A stretch of 60,537 nucleotides of DNA, counting the filler, from Caldilineae bacterium (GTDB lineage Bacteria > Chloroflexota > Anaerolineae > DTLA01): assembly GCA_037446815.1 (NCBI GenBank). It is 2 parts of 2 records of this genome, joined end to end, with 100 filler letters (N's around TTAATTAATTAA, not from the genome) between each part and the next. Parts side by side here need not be neighbours in the genome. Positions count along the whole stretch, not along the records: positions 1 to 30,459 come from JBBIHX010000021.1; 1 more part is not named here. One strand, written 5' to 3'. A model generated the notes under the pieces. The model had not been told where the DNA came from. It saw only the letters and a program-made list of their open reading frames with translations, and searched no databases. Positions 19,407 through 28,229 of this stretch are shown here, one piece after another. Within the stretch, counting starts at the first letter, position 1. Each line of letters opens with the position of its first letter. Made by a program: the position numbers and the translations under genes.

Positions 19407-21428
19407 ATGACGGAGAAGATATACGAACTGGAAAGCGCATGGAAACTGGCCATACGGCGGGAGCAGGACGCCCACGATTTCTACGTCCGCATGGCCCGCT
19501 CGGCCAGCGACGCGGCGGTCAGGGCCTTCTTTGAATCCCTGGCCGAAGAGGAGTTGCGGCACAAGGCCCGGCTGGAAGACGAGTTTCGCCGCGCGTTCCA
19601 GCCCGACCTGGAAGAGGCCCGCGTGCGAACGGGCACCTTCGTGCACGACTTCCACCGAGGCCACCAGCCGCCCGGGTTCTCATGGCTGGAGTGGGAAGAC
19701 GAGTCGTTTCGCCTGGCGCGGGAACTGGACGTGCCCATCCTGCTGGACATCAGCGCGTCGTGGTGCCACTGGTGCCACGAGATGGACGAGAGGACTTACG
19801 CGGACCCCGAAGTGGCCGCGCTCATCAACTCGGACTTCATCCCCATCCGCGTGGACACGGACAAGCGGCCCGACGTCAACCGCCGCTACAACATGGGCGG
19901 CTGGCCCACCACCGCCTTCCTCACCCCCGACGGCGAAGTCCTCACCGGCGGCACCTACCTGACCGTGCCCCAGTTCCTGGACGTGGCCCGCAAGGTGAGC
20001 GAGTACTACCGCGCCAACAAGGGCAAGATTCGCGAGCGGTTGGAAGAACTCCGCAACGATGTGGCTGCCGCGTCGGTGGCCGGCATCGCCACGGAGGACT
20101 TGAGCCTGCACATCGTGGAGGACGCCGTCTCCGTCATCTTGCAGGGGTTTGACAAGGAGAACGGCGGCTTCGGCACCGAACCCAAGTTCCCCATGCCCGA
20201 GTCGCTGGAATTGGCCCTGGCCGAATATCAGCGCAGCGGCGCGGAGCAACTGCGGGTGATCGTGGAGAAGACGCTCCACGCGATGGCGTCGGGCGGGATG
20301 TACGACCCCGTGGAGGGCGGGTTCTTCCGCTACTCCACCACGCGAGACTGGAGCATCCCGCACTACGAGAAGATGGCGGAGGATAACGCCAAACTCCTGG
20401 CCCTGTACACTCACGCTTATCAGGTCTTCGGCGACCCATTCTATCGCGACGTGGCCGCCGATGTGGTGCGCTACATCCTGCGCACGCTGACCGACGAGCG
20501 CGGCTTCTTCTACGCCAGCCAGGACGCCGACGAGGAGTACTACAAACTCGGCGCCGCGGAACGCGCCCAGCGCAAGCCGCCCTATGTGGACAAAACGCCC
20601 TACACAGACTACAACGCCATGCTCATCTCGGCGCTCCTGCAGGCGGGCGTGGTCCTGGACGACCGCGCCCCGACCGAGGCCGCCCTGCGCGCCGTGGACG
20701 CCATCTGGGAGCGCCACTACGACGAGGCGCGCGGCCTGGCCCACACCCGCGGGCCGCAGGGGGAGGTCTGGGGCCTTCTCACCGATGCGATTTGGATGGC
20801 GCACGCCCTTCTGGATGCCCACGAGTTCACCAGCGAGCCGCGCTTCCTTGACCGCGCCGCGCGCGTGATGGACTTCGTGTACGCGCACCTGCAGGACGCC
20901 GCCGGCGGGTTCTACGACCGCGTGGACGACCCCAACGCCCTGGGCAAACTGCGCGAGCGGGACAAATCCATCACCGAAAACGCCGTCGCGGCGCACGCGG
21001 CCCTGCGGCTCCACGCCTTCACCGGCGACGCGAAGCACCGCGAAGCCGCCGGCAAGGCGTTGGCGTGCTTCGGCGAGGTGTACAAGGCGTATGGGTACTT
21101 CGCATCGGGGCATGCCATGGCGGTCGCCGCGTACCTGGGTCAGCCGATTCAGGCCATCATCGTGGGCAGCGCCGACGACGAGCGGACGCGAGACCTGCGC
21201 CAAGCGATGCTGCGGCTCTACGCGCCGTATCGGGTCATCCAGGTCGTGGATCCCACGTGGGAGCGCGAGCGCCTGGCGCGCCTGGGCTACCCCGCGGAAC
21301 CCGCGCCGCGCGCCTATATCTGCGTCGGGCTTACCTGCGCCCAACCCACCGACAAGCCGCAGGAGATTGAGGGCATCGTGCGGCCGCTGGTTTCGCCCTG
21401 GCGCGGGCGAACGCCCAGAGATTCGTAA
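19407..21428 (+). CDS. YyaL/DUF255 (thioredoxin plus helical barrel) protein with N-terminal half ferritin-like domain
   Basis: N-term AIRRE..A..FY...LAEEELRH; WCHWCHEM, RPDV, GGWP, GGFGTEPKFP, GGFFRYST, PHYEKM. Confidence 0.88.
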   Translation: MTEKIYELESAWKLAIRREQDAHDFYVRMARSASDAAVRAFFESLAEEELRHKARLEDEFRRAFQPDLEEARVRTGTFVHDFHRGHQPPGFSWLEWEDESFRLARELDVPILLDISASWCHWCHEMDERTYADPEVAALINSDFIPIRVDTDKRPDVNRRYNMGGWPTTAFLTPDGEVLTGGTYLTVPQFLDVARKVSEYYRANKGKIRERLEELRNDVAAASVAGIATEDLSLHIVEDAVSVILQGFDKENGGFGTEPKFPMPESLELALAEYQRSGAEQLRVIVEKTLHAMASGGMYDPVEGGFFRYSTTRDWSIPHYEKMAEDNAKLLALYTHAYQVFGDPFYRDVAADVVRYILRTLTDERGFFYASQDADEEYYKLGAAERAQRKPPYVDKTPYTDYNAMLISALLQAGVVLDDRAPTEAALRAVDAIWERHYDEARGLAHTRGPQGEVWGLLTDAIWMAHALLDAHEFTSEPRFLDRAARVMDFVYAHLQDAAGGFYDRVDDPNALGKLRERDKSITENAVAAHAALRLHAFTGDAKHREAAGKALACFGEVYKAYGYFASGHAMAVAAYLGQPIQAIIVGSADDERTRDLRQAMLRLYAPYRVIQVVDPTWERERLARLGYPAEPAPRAYICVGLTCAQPTDKPQEIEGIVRPLVSPWRGRTPRDS

Positions 21429-21461
21429 CAAACGCGCGGTTGTCGCAGACTACGCCGGGAG

Positions 21462-21830
21462 GTGCGCGTGAAACTCGTCCAGATCGGCATATCGTTGGTG
21501 GTCATCGCGTTCGTAGCCTGGATTGGCGACCGCCAACGCCATCTCGCGGGGTTGGCGGCCGCCATGCCGCTGACGATTCCGCTCACCATGTGGATCGTGT
21601 TCACGAAAACCGGCCATGATTACCAGAAGACGGCCGAATTCGCCGGCGGGGCGATTACCAGCATCCTGGGGACGACGGTCTTCGTGGTGGTGTGCTATCT
21701 CCTGCTGCGGGCGCGGCTCCATTTTGGCCTGGTGATCGCGGGCGGGTACTTGGCGTGGTTCGCGGTCATCGCCCTGCTGCCGCAACTGGTTGAGCGCGCA
21801 GGCCACCTGATGACCTGGCTACAACGGTAA
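21462..21830 (+). CDS. Small four-helix membrane protein (DUF3147-like)
   Basis: Hydrophobic 122 aa, AGLAAAMPL motif, operon position. Confidence 0.6.
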   Translation: MRVKLVQIGISLVVIAFVAWIGDRQRHLAGLAAAMPLTIPLTMWIVFTKTGHDYQKTAEFAGGAITSILGTTVFVVVCYLLLRARLHFGLVIAGGYLAWFAVIALLPQLVERAGHLMTWLQR

Positions 21831-21854
21831 CATGCACTGCATGGGAGGAACAGG

Positions 21855-22409
21855 ATGGGCAAGACACACGACGAAGAACACAAGGCGCGACTGATGGCCG
21901 TGCTTCGCGACGCTATGGAACTGGAGCGGCGCGGCCACGCCTTCTACTTGGAAGCCGCGGAGGCGACTTCCGCCGCGCGCGGCAAGGGCATGTTCTTGAC
22001 CCTCGCCAAGGACGAACTGGATCACCTGGCGTACCTGGATAGCGCGTTCCGCGCGCTGCTGAAGGACGGTGCGCTGCCCGCCATGCCCGCGCCGGCGCCC
22101 GCCGAGCCCACGGCCAAGCCCAAACGGCCGGAGGTCTTCCCATCGCCCAAGGAGGCCGCCCGCGAAATCAAGGCCACGGCGGGCGAACTGGACGCCCTGA
22201 AGCGCGGCATGGAAGCCGAGCAGGACTCCATCGCGCTGTACAGCCAGGCCGCGGCCCAGGCCGAAACTGACGCCGAGAAGGCCCTGTTCGGCTCGCTGGT
22301 CGCCGTGGAGCAGGGCCACCTCGCCATCCTGCAGGGCGAGTACGACTACATCAACCAGACGGGGTTCTGGATGGGATTCCAGGAGTTCAGCATGGAGTCG
22401 TTCGGCTAG
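21855..22409 (+). CDS. Ferritin-like (rubrerythrin di-iron domain) protein
   Basis: E..G..FY, DELDH, E..S..LY, EQGH. Confidence 0.88.
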   Translation: MGKTHDEEHKARLMAVLRDAMELERRGHAFYLEAAEATSAARGKGMFLTLAKDELDHLAYLDSAFRALLKDGALPAMPAPAPAEPTAKPKRPEVFPSPKEAAREIKATAGELDALKRGMEAEQDSIALYSQAAAQAETDAEKALFGSLVAVEQGHLAILQGEYDYINQTGFWMGFQEFSMESFG

Positions 22410-22498
22410 ATTCGGTTCCGAAGCCTGTGGGCGCGTACTGTCATTCTGAGCGGCAAAGCCGCGAAGAATCTGTATCGCCGGCGCGTGGCGGCGCAGGT

Positions 22499-22581
22499 GT
22501 AGAGCAAGTTGACAACTTGCTCCACGGGGGGTGTGCCCATCCCCGCGCGGGTGTGTAGAGCAAGTTGACAATTTGCTCCAC
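22499..22581. repeat. Two GTAG-type REP-like palindromes
   Basis: GTAGAGCAAGTTGACAACTTGCTCCAC at 22499 and a variant at 22555. Confidence 0.7.
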
Positions 22582-22648
22582 GGGGGCGGCTCCCTGTGCC
22601 GCCAGGCAGTGCGCGTAACCAAGCGTTTGGCGTAACAAAGGAGGTGCG

Positions 22649-24388
22649 ATGAAGAACGACATGACATTTGTCCTCGGCGGCGAGGCCGGGCAGGGTGTGG
22701 AGTCCACGGGCGCGGGGTTCGCCCTGGCCCTCGCGCGCGCGGGGCTGCACGTGTTCGCGGTGCCCGATTACCGCTCGCGCATCCGCGGCGGCCACAACTT
22801 CTTCCAGATTCGCGCGGGCGACTACGAATTCTTTTCCCACAACGAGCAGGTACACCTGGCGCTGGCCCTGACCCGCGAGGCCGTGGATTTTCACGTGCGG
22901 CAGTTGGTGCCCGGCGGCGCCATCGTATACGACACCGGGCTGAAGGTGGACAAATCCACCTGGCCCGACGGCGTGCAGGATTTCGCCATGCCCATCATGG
23001 ACCTGGTACAAGGGGCCGGCGGTAACAAGTTGATGGCGAACACCGCCATGGTGGGCATCGCCGCGGGCCTCACGGGGCTAGACCTGCGCTTCGTGGAAGG
23101 CGTGATTGAGGACAACTTCGGGCGCAAGCGCGGCGAGAGCCTGGCCGAGGCCAACCTCAAGGTGGCCCGCGCGGCCTACGAGTACGCCCGCGCCCACTTC
23201 GCCGAGCGGTTCCCGTTCAAACTGGAGGCCGTGGACGCGCCCAAGCGCCTGCTCATCAGCGGGAACCCGGCCATGTCGCTGGGCGCGCTGGCCGGCGGAT
23301 GCCAGTTCATGGCGGGCTACCCCATGACGCCCGGCTCCCCTATTCTGGAGATGATCACCGCCAAGGCCGCCGAGTTCGGCGTGGTAACCAAGCACGCCGA
23401 GGACGAAATCGCGGCCATCTGCATGGCAATCGGCGCAGGGCGCGCCGGCGCGAGGGCCGCCACCGCCACGTCGGGCGGCGGGTTCTCGCTCATGGTGGAG
23501 GCGCTGGGCCTGGCGGGCATGACAGAAGTCCCCGTCGTCATCTTTGAGGTACAGCGCCCAGGCCCGTCCACCGGCCTGCCCACCCGCACCGAGCAGAGCG
23601 ATCTGATGTTCGTGCTCCACGCGTCCCAGGGCGAGTTCCCGCGCATCGTCCTGGCCCCGGGAACGATAGAAGAAGCCTTCCGCGATGGCTGGCGCGCCTT
23701 CAACCTGGCCGAAAAGTACCAGTGCCCGGTCATTGTTCTCTCGGATCATTTCCTGGCCACCTCGCTGCAAACGGTACCGCCCGAGGCGCTGGACTTTGAC
23801 GGCGTCGCTATTGACCGCGGGGCCATGCTCACGCCCGAGCAATTGGACGCGCTGGAAGGCGAGTACAAGCGGTTCGCCTTCACCGAGGACGGCATCTCGC
23901 CGTGGGCGCCGCCGGGGCATCCGAAGGGCGTCTACCGTGCGGCCAGCGACGAACACGACGAGTACGGCAGCATAGAGGAAGACGCGACCAATCGCCGCCG
24001 CATGATGGAGAAGCGGATGCGGAAACTGGAGGCCGCCCGCGCCGACATGTTGCCGCCCAAGGTGTACGGGCCCGGACGCGCGGGCATCACCTTCGTGTCC
24101 TGGGGCTCCGGCTACTATCCCGTGCGCGAGGCCATGCGCATCCTGGCGCAGCAGGGCGTGTCCAGCAACTTCCTGCACCTCACCGACATCTGGCCCTTCC
24201 CCGCGCAGGCCGTGGCCGACGCCCTGCGTGGAGCCAAGCGCATCGTGTCGGTGGAGAGCAACTACACAGGCCAGATGGCTGGCCTCATTCGCCGCGAGAC
24301 GGGCATCCACATTGAGGAGCAGATTCTGCGGTACGACGGCAGGCCCATCTCGCCGGAGTACATCCTGCGGGGATTGGAGGGGGCGTAA
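22649..24388 (+). CDS. korA: 2-oxoacid:ferredoxin oxidoreductase alpha subunit (gamma-alpha fusion)
   Basis: GGEAGQG, SRIRGGHN, GYPMTP, EDEIAA, TSGGG, QRPGPSTGLPT. Confidence 0.92.
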   Translation: MKNDMTFVLGGEAGQGVESTGAGFALALARAGLHVFAVPDYRSRIRGGHNFFQIRAGDYEFFSHNEQVHLALALTREAVDFHVRQLVPGGAIVYDTGLKVDKSTWPDGVQDFAMPIMDLVQGAGGNKLMANTAMVGIAAGLTGLDLRFVEGVIEDNFGRKRGESLAEANLKVARAAYEYARAHFAERFPFKLEAVDAPKRLLISGNPAMSLGALAGGCQFMAGYPMTPGSPILEMITAKAAEFGVVTKHAEDEIAAICMAIGAGRAGARAATATSGGGFSLMVEALGLAGMTEVPVVIFEVQRPGPSTGLPTRTEQSDLMFVLHASQGEFPRIVLAPGTIEEAFRDGWRAFNLAEKYQCPVIVLSDHFLATSLQTVPPEALDFDGVAIDRGAMLTPEQLDALEGEYKRFAFTEDGISPWAPPGHPKGVYRAASDEHDEYGSIEEDATNRRRMMEKRMRKLEAARADMLPPKVYGPGRAGITFVSWGSGYYPVREAMRILAQQGVSSNFLHLTDIWPFPAQAVADALRGAKRIVSVESNYTGQMAGLIRRETGIHIEEQILRYDGRPISPEYILRGLEGA

Positions 24389-24389
24389 C

Positions 24390-25262
24390 ATGGTAACGGT
24401 CAAGGATTATCAGAGCCCGGTAACGCCAACCTGGTGCCCGGGCTGCGGCAACTTCGGGATTCACCAGGCCGTGAAGATGGCGCTGGCCGAGTTGGGGCTT
24501 GAGCCGCACCAGGTGATGCTGGTGTCGGGCATCGGGCAGAGCAGCAAACTGCCGGACTACACCCATGCCAACGGATTCATGACATTGCACGGGCGGGCCA
24601 TCCCCTGCGCCACCGGCGTGAAACTGGTGCGCCCCGACCTGAAGGTCATCGTCCACAGCGGCGACGGCGACGGCTATGCCGAGGGGATGGGCCACATGGT
24701 GCACGCCGCCCGCCGCAACATCGGCATCGTGCACATCGCCCACAACAACCAAATCTACGGCCTGACCAAAGGGCAGTATTCGCCCACCAGCGCCCAGGGC
24801 ACGCGCTCCAGCACGTCGCCAGAAGGCTCCATAGACCGCCCGGTGAATCCCCTGCTCATCGCGCTGGCGGCCGGGGCCACCTTCGTCGCCCGCGCGTTCT
24901 CCAAGAACAGCCGCGAACTGGCCGACATCATCAAGGCGGCCGTGCAGCACCGAGGCTACGCCCTCATAGACGTACTCCAGCCGTGCGTTACGTTCAACCG
25001 CGTGAACACCTACGAATGGTACGGCGAGCGCGTGTACCCCGTGAGCCAGGAGCCGGACTACAACCCGTCCGACCTGAACTGGGCCATGCGCATCGCGCAA
25101 GTGTGGGGCGACCGCATCCCTGTGGGCATCCTCTACCAGACCGAGGACGTGCCCGCCTACGAAGAGCAAGTTCCCGCGCTGAAGGCGGGGCCGGTAGGCC
25201 TGCGGCCCATTCGCCCGATTCCCGCGGACAAGGCGCAGGCGCTCAAGGCCGCGTACATGTAA
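24390..25262 (+). CDS. korB: 2-oxoacid:ferredoxin oxidoreductase beta subunit
   Basis: WCPGCG, LHGR, GDGD, NNQIYGLTKGQ.SPT, QPCVTFN; ATG 24390 after GGAGG. Confidence 0.92.
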   Translation: MVTVKDYQSPVTPTWCPGCGNFGIHQAVKMALAELGLEPHQVMLVSGIGQSSKLPDYTHANGFMTLHGRAIPCATGVKLVRPDLKVIVHSGDGDGYAEGMGHMVHAARRNIGIVHIAHNNQIYGLTKGQYSPTSAQGTRSSTSPEGSIDRPVNPLLIALAAGATFVARAFSKNSRELADIIKAAVQHRGYALIDVLQPCVTFNRVNTYEWYGERVYPVSQEPDYNPSDLNWAMRIAQVWGDRIPVGILYQTEDVPAYEEQVPALKAGPVGLRPIRPIPADKAQALKAAYM

Positions 25263-25274
25263 CGGGGGACCAGT

Positions 25275-25784
25275 ATGAGCGTCGTCATATACACCACGCC
25301 AACTTGAGGGTATTGTTACATGGCGAAAGAGTTTCTTTCGCAGCGCGGCGTGCCCTTTGTGGAGAAAGACGTGAGCCGCGACCCGACCGCGGCGCAGGAG
25401 ATGGTGCGGCGATCGGGCCAGCGCGGCGTGCCGGTCATCGTCGTGGGCGATCAGGTCATCGTAGGATTCAATCGCCCGCTGCTGGAGGAGGCCCTGAGCC
25501 GAATGCGGCTGGAACTGGGCGTAACGGTGGCCGATGCGGCGCGATTGCAGCGCAAGTACAACCTGTCCGTGGGCCAGGGGGCGCTGGTGGGTTCCGTGAA
25601 GCCCGGCTCGCTGGCGGCGCAGGCGGGCCTCCAGGCCGGGGACGTCATCGTGGAGATCGCGGGCATCCCCATTCGCACGGCGCAGGATGTAACCGACGCC
25701 CTGGCCCGCTTGCAGTCGGCCCGACAGGTTGAGATCGCCTGGGTGCGGGGAACGCAGACCCTGCGCGGCGTGGCGCGGCGGTAA
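25275..25784 (+). CDS. Glutaredoxin-like selenoprotein (UxxC) with C-terminal PDZ domain
   Basis: ATG 25275 gives MSVVIYTTPT-UGA-GYC, in frame with the 25320 ORF (GQRGVPV glutaredoxin motif; V.PGS.A..AGL..GDVI PDZ); hairpin follows the UGA. Confidence 0.85.
25308..25355 (+). promoter_or_regulatory. Putative bacterial SECIS element
   Basis: Perfect stem GCGAAAGA-GTT-TCTTTCGC (25323-25341) just after the UGA at 25305-25307; lower stem GGGTAT/GTGCCC. Confidence 0.65.
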
Positions 25785-25865
25785 CGGGCGCAGCGTAGCG
25801 GCCCTTGCGATGGCGAACAAGACACGCTATACTCCATCCGCAATACTCACTGAGGAGAGGGGATC

Positions 25866-26372
25866 ATGGAAGACAAGACCATTCTGGAAGCCCTGAAATT
25901 GGCAGCACACAAAGAGCAAGACGCTCGCAAGTTCTACCTGGAATCGGCATCGCGCGTGAAAGACGCCTGCGGACGGGAGATGTTCCTCACCCTGGCGGAC
26001 GAGGAGCAGCACCACCTGACCATGGTGCAGCGGCAGTACGAATCGCTGATGGGCGGCAGCGGCTGGGTGGGGTTCGCGGAGGCGGCCGCGGTGGCCGAGT
26101 TTGAGCCGCTCAAGGCCCGCGAGAACCTCAAGCGCGAGGTCAGCGAGGCCACCACCGAGGCCGATGCCCTGTTGCTGGCCATCCAGTTGGAGAACGACAG
26201 TTACGACCTGTACGTACAGCAGGCCGAGCGCGTTTCCGACCCCGCGGGCAAGCAAATGTACCGCTACCTGGCCCAGGCCGAGCGCCGCCATTTTGACATC
26301 CTGATGCTCAACTACGAGCACCTGACTACCACGGGCGGCTACCTGGGCATGGCCGCCAAATCCTGTGAGTGA
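25866..26372 (+). CDS. Ferritin-like (rubrerythrin di-iron domain) protein
   Basis: E..A..FY, EEQHH, E..SY.LY, ERRH. Confidence 0.88.
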   Translation: MEDKTILEALKLAAHKEQDARKFYLESASRVKDACGREMFLTLADEEQHHLTMVQRQYESLMGGSGWVGFAEAAAVAEFEPLKARENLKREVSEATTEADALLLAIQLENDSYDLYVQQAERVSDPAGKQMYRYLAQAERRHFDILMLNYEHLTTTGGYLGMAAKSCE

Positions 26373-26378
26373 GGAGCC

Positions 26379-26888
26379 ATGACGGAACACGTGAACCAGG
26401 CGTTGCTCGCCCTGGAGATGGCCCTCCAGACCGAGCGCGACGGACGGGAGTTCTACCTGAATGCCGCAGCGGCCACGGCGCACGAGGGCGGGCGGACGCT
26501 CTTCTCCCGCCTTGCCGACGACGAACTGGCCCACCTGGCCCTATTGCAGGCGCGAAAGGAGGCGCTGCTCCAGGAGGGGCGGTGGCTGCCGATGAGCGAG
26601 CGGCTGTCGGCCTCGGTCCCCTCCACGCCGATATTCGCCACGCCGCTGGCCGCCGGCGAGTTGAACGCATACACGTCAGACCTCTCGGCCCTGCGCATCG
26701 CCTACCTGCGCGAGCGGGACGCCGTGGAGTTCTACGCCCGCGCCGCCGAACAGACCGACGACCCCGACGGCAAGGAGATGTACCGCGCGCTGGCCCAGAT
26801 GGAGCAGGCGCACCAAGACGCGCTGGAAACCGAATACAAGGTGCTGTCCGAGCAATTCAAAGCCGCGATGGGTTTTGCACCGTTCTAG
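26379..26888 (+). CDS. Ferritin-like (rubrerythrin di-iron domain) protein
   Basis: E.DG..FY, DELAH, E..A..FY, EQAH. Confidence 0.88.
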   Translation: MTEHVNQALLALEMALQTERDGREFYLNAAAATAHEGGRTLFSRLADDELAHLALLQARKEALLQEGRWLPMSERLSASVPSTPIFATPLAAGELNAYTSDLSALRIAYLRERDAVEFYARAAEQTDDPDGKEMYRALAQMEQAHQDALETEYKVLSEQFKAAMGFAPF

Positions 26889-26903
26889 ACAAGGAGGATA
26901 GAC

Positions 26904-27431
26904 ATGAGTCCAATTGACGAGAAATTGCTGGAGCCCTTGCGCCAGGGCATGATCAACGAAATCCGCGGGCGCGCCTTCTACCTGGAGGCCGCGAAACGCA
27001 GCGCCCACCCCGCAGGGGCCAAGATGTTCACGTCCCTTGCCCGCGACGAAGAGGGGCATCTCCAGGTGCTCCAGCAGCAGTACCAGGCCATTACCCACAA
27101 GGGACACTGGCTGACGCTGGAGGATGCGCGGAAGGCCACCGAGCCCCCGCCCGAGTTGAACCTGTTCCCCTCGGGCCAGGAGAAAGACCTGCCCGACGAC
27201 GCCGACGACCTGAAGGCGCTGGAACTGGCCATGGGGTTTGAAAAGCGGGGATACGAACTGTACAAGCGCGCCGCCGAAACGTCCCAAGACCTGACCGCCA
27301 AGGCCATGTACGAGTTCCTGGTACAGGAGGAGAGCCGCCACTACGACCTGCTGCAGAATTCGTATCACTACCTCAAGGACAAGGGGCTGTGGTTCTTCCA
27401 AGATGAGGAGAAGCCCATCTTTGAAGGGTAA
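26904..27431 (+). CDS. Ferritin-like (rubrerythrin di-iron domain) protein
   Basis: E..G..FY, DEEGH, E..GY..Y, EESRH. Confidence 0.88.
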   Translation: MSPIDEKLLEPLRQGMINEIRGRAFYLEAAKRSAHPAGAKMFTSLARDEEGHLQVLQQQYQAITHKGHWLTLEDARKATEPPPELNLFPSGQEKDLPDDADDLKALELAMGFEKRGYELYKRAAETSQDLTAKAMYEFLVQEESRHYDLLQNSYHYLKDKGLWFFQDEEKPIFEG

Positions 27432-27482
27432 CGCAGGGGTCGGGCGCTTCATTCTGCAAACACATAGAAAGGAGACGAACGT

Positions 27483-27986
27483 ATGAAGGAAATGACCAAG
27501 GAGAACCTGAAGGCTGCATTCGCGGGCGAGAGCCAGGCCCACATGAAGTACCTCGCCTTCGCCGACCAGGCGGAGAAGGAGGGCTTCGTCAACGTGGCGC
27601 GGCTGTTCCGCGCCATCGCCTACGCCGAGCAGGTCCATGCCACCAACCACCTGCGCACGGTCGGCGGGCTGGGCGCGACCAAGGACAACCTAGGGGTGGC
27701 CATCGGCGGCGAGACCTTTGAGGTGGACGAGATGTACCCCGCCTATCTCGCCGTCGCCAGGGAGCAGGGCGAGAAACCCGCCGAGCGCACCATGCACTGG
27801 GCGCTGGAGGCCGAGAAGATTCACCAGACCATGTACGGCGAGGCCAAGGCGTCGGTGGACAAAGGCGTAGACATCCAAATCGGCGAGATTTGGATTTGCG
27901 GCATGTGCGGCTACACGGTAGAGGGCGAACCGCCCGACAAGTGCCCCGTCTGCGGCGCCCGCCGAGAACAGTTCAAGAGTTTCTAG
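27483..27986 (+). CDS. rbr: Rubrerythrin
   Basis: [26 protein letters not shown]-terminal CxxC...CPxC. Confidence 0.95.
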   Translation: MKEMTKENLKAAFAGESQAHMKYLAFADQAEKEGFVNVARLFRAIAYAEQVHATNHLRTVGGLGATKDNLGVAIGGETFEVDEMYPAYLAVAREQGEKPAERTMHWALEAEKIHQTMYGEAKASVDKGVDIQIGEIWICGMCGYTVEGEPPDKCPVCGARREQFKSF

Positions 27987-28006
27987 AGCGCAAGGAGGCG
28001 AACACC

Positions 28007-28171
28007 ATGGACAAATGGGAATGCATGGTCTGCGGTTACGTGTACGACCCGGCGGTGGGCGACCCCGACTCGGACATCCCGCCCGGAACGGCCTTTGAGG
28101 ACTTGCCCGATGACTGGGTTTGCCCCCAGTGTGGCGCGACCAAAGACATGTTTGAGAAGGTCGTAGACTAG
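28007..28171 (+). CDS. rub: Rubredoxin
   Basis: [15 protein letters not shown]...[21 protein letters not shown]. Confidence 0.96.
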   Translation: MDKWECMVCGYVYDPAVGDPDSDIPPGTAFEDLPDDWVCPQCGATKDMFEKVVD

Positions 28172-28180
28172 GTGCAAACT

Positions 28181-28216
28181 CCCCTCGGCGGGCGCGCTCC
28201 ATCGTCCGCCGAGGGG
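28181..28216. terminator. GC-rich hairpin between convergent genes
   Basis: CCCCTCGGCGGGCG ... CGTCCGCCGAGGGG. Confidence 0.55.
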
Positions 28217-28229
28217 CAGCCCTCGTGAA

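Noticed and set aside
22565..22600. TTGACA in the REP as a korA -35 box
   Set aside because: No -10 element at the proper spacing
21855..27431. Other ferritin-like proteins as encapsulin cargo
   Set aside because: Their C-termini (FSMESFG, AAKSCE, MGFAPF, KPIFEG) lack the VGSL-type peptide; not excluded but unsupported
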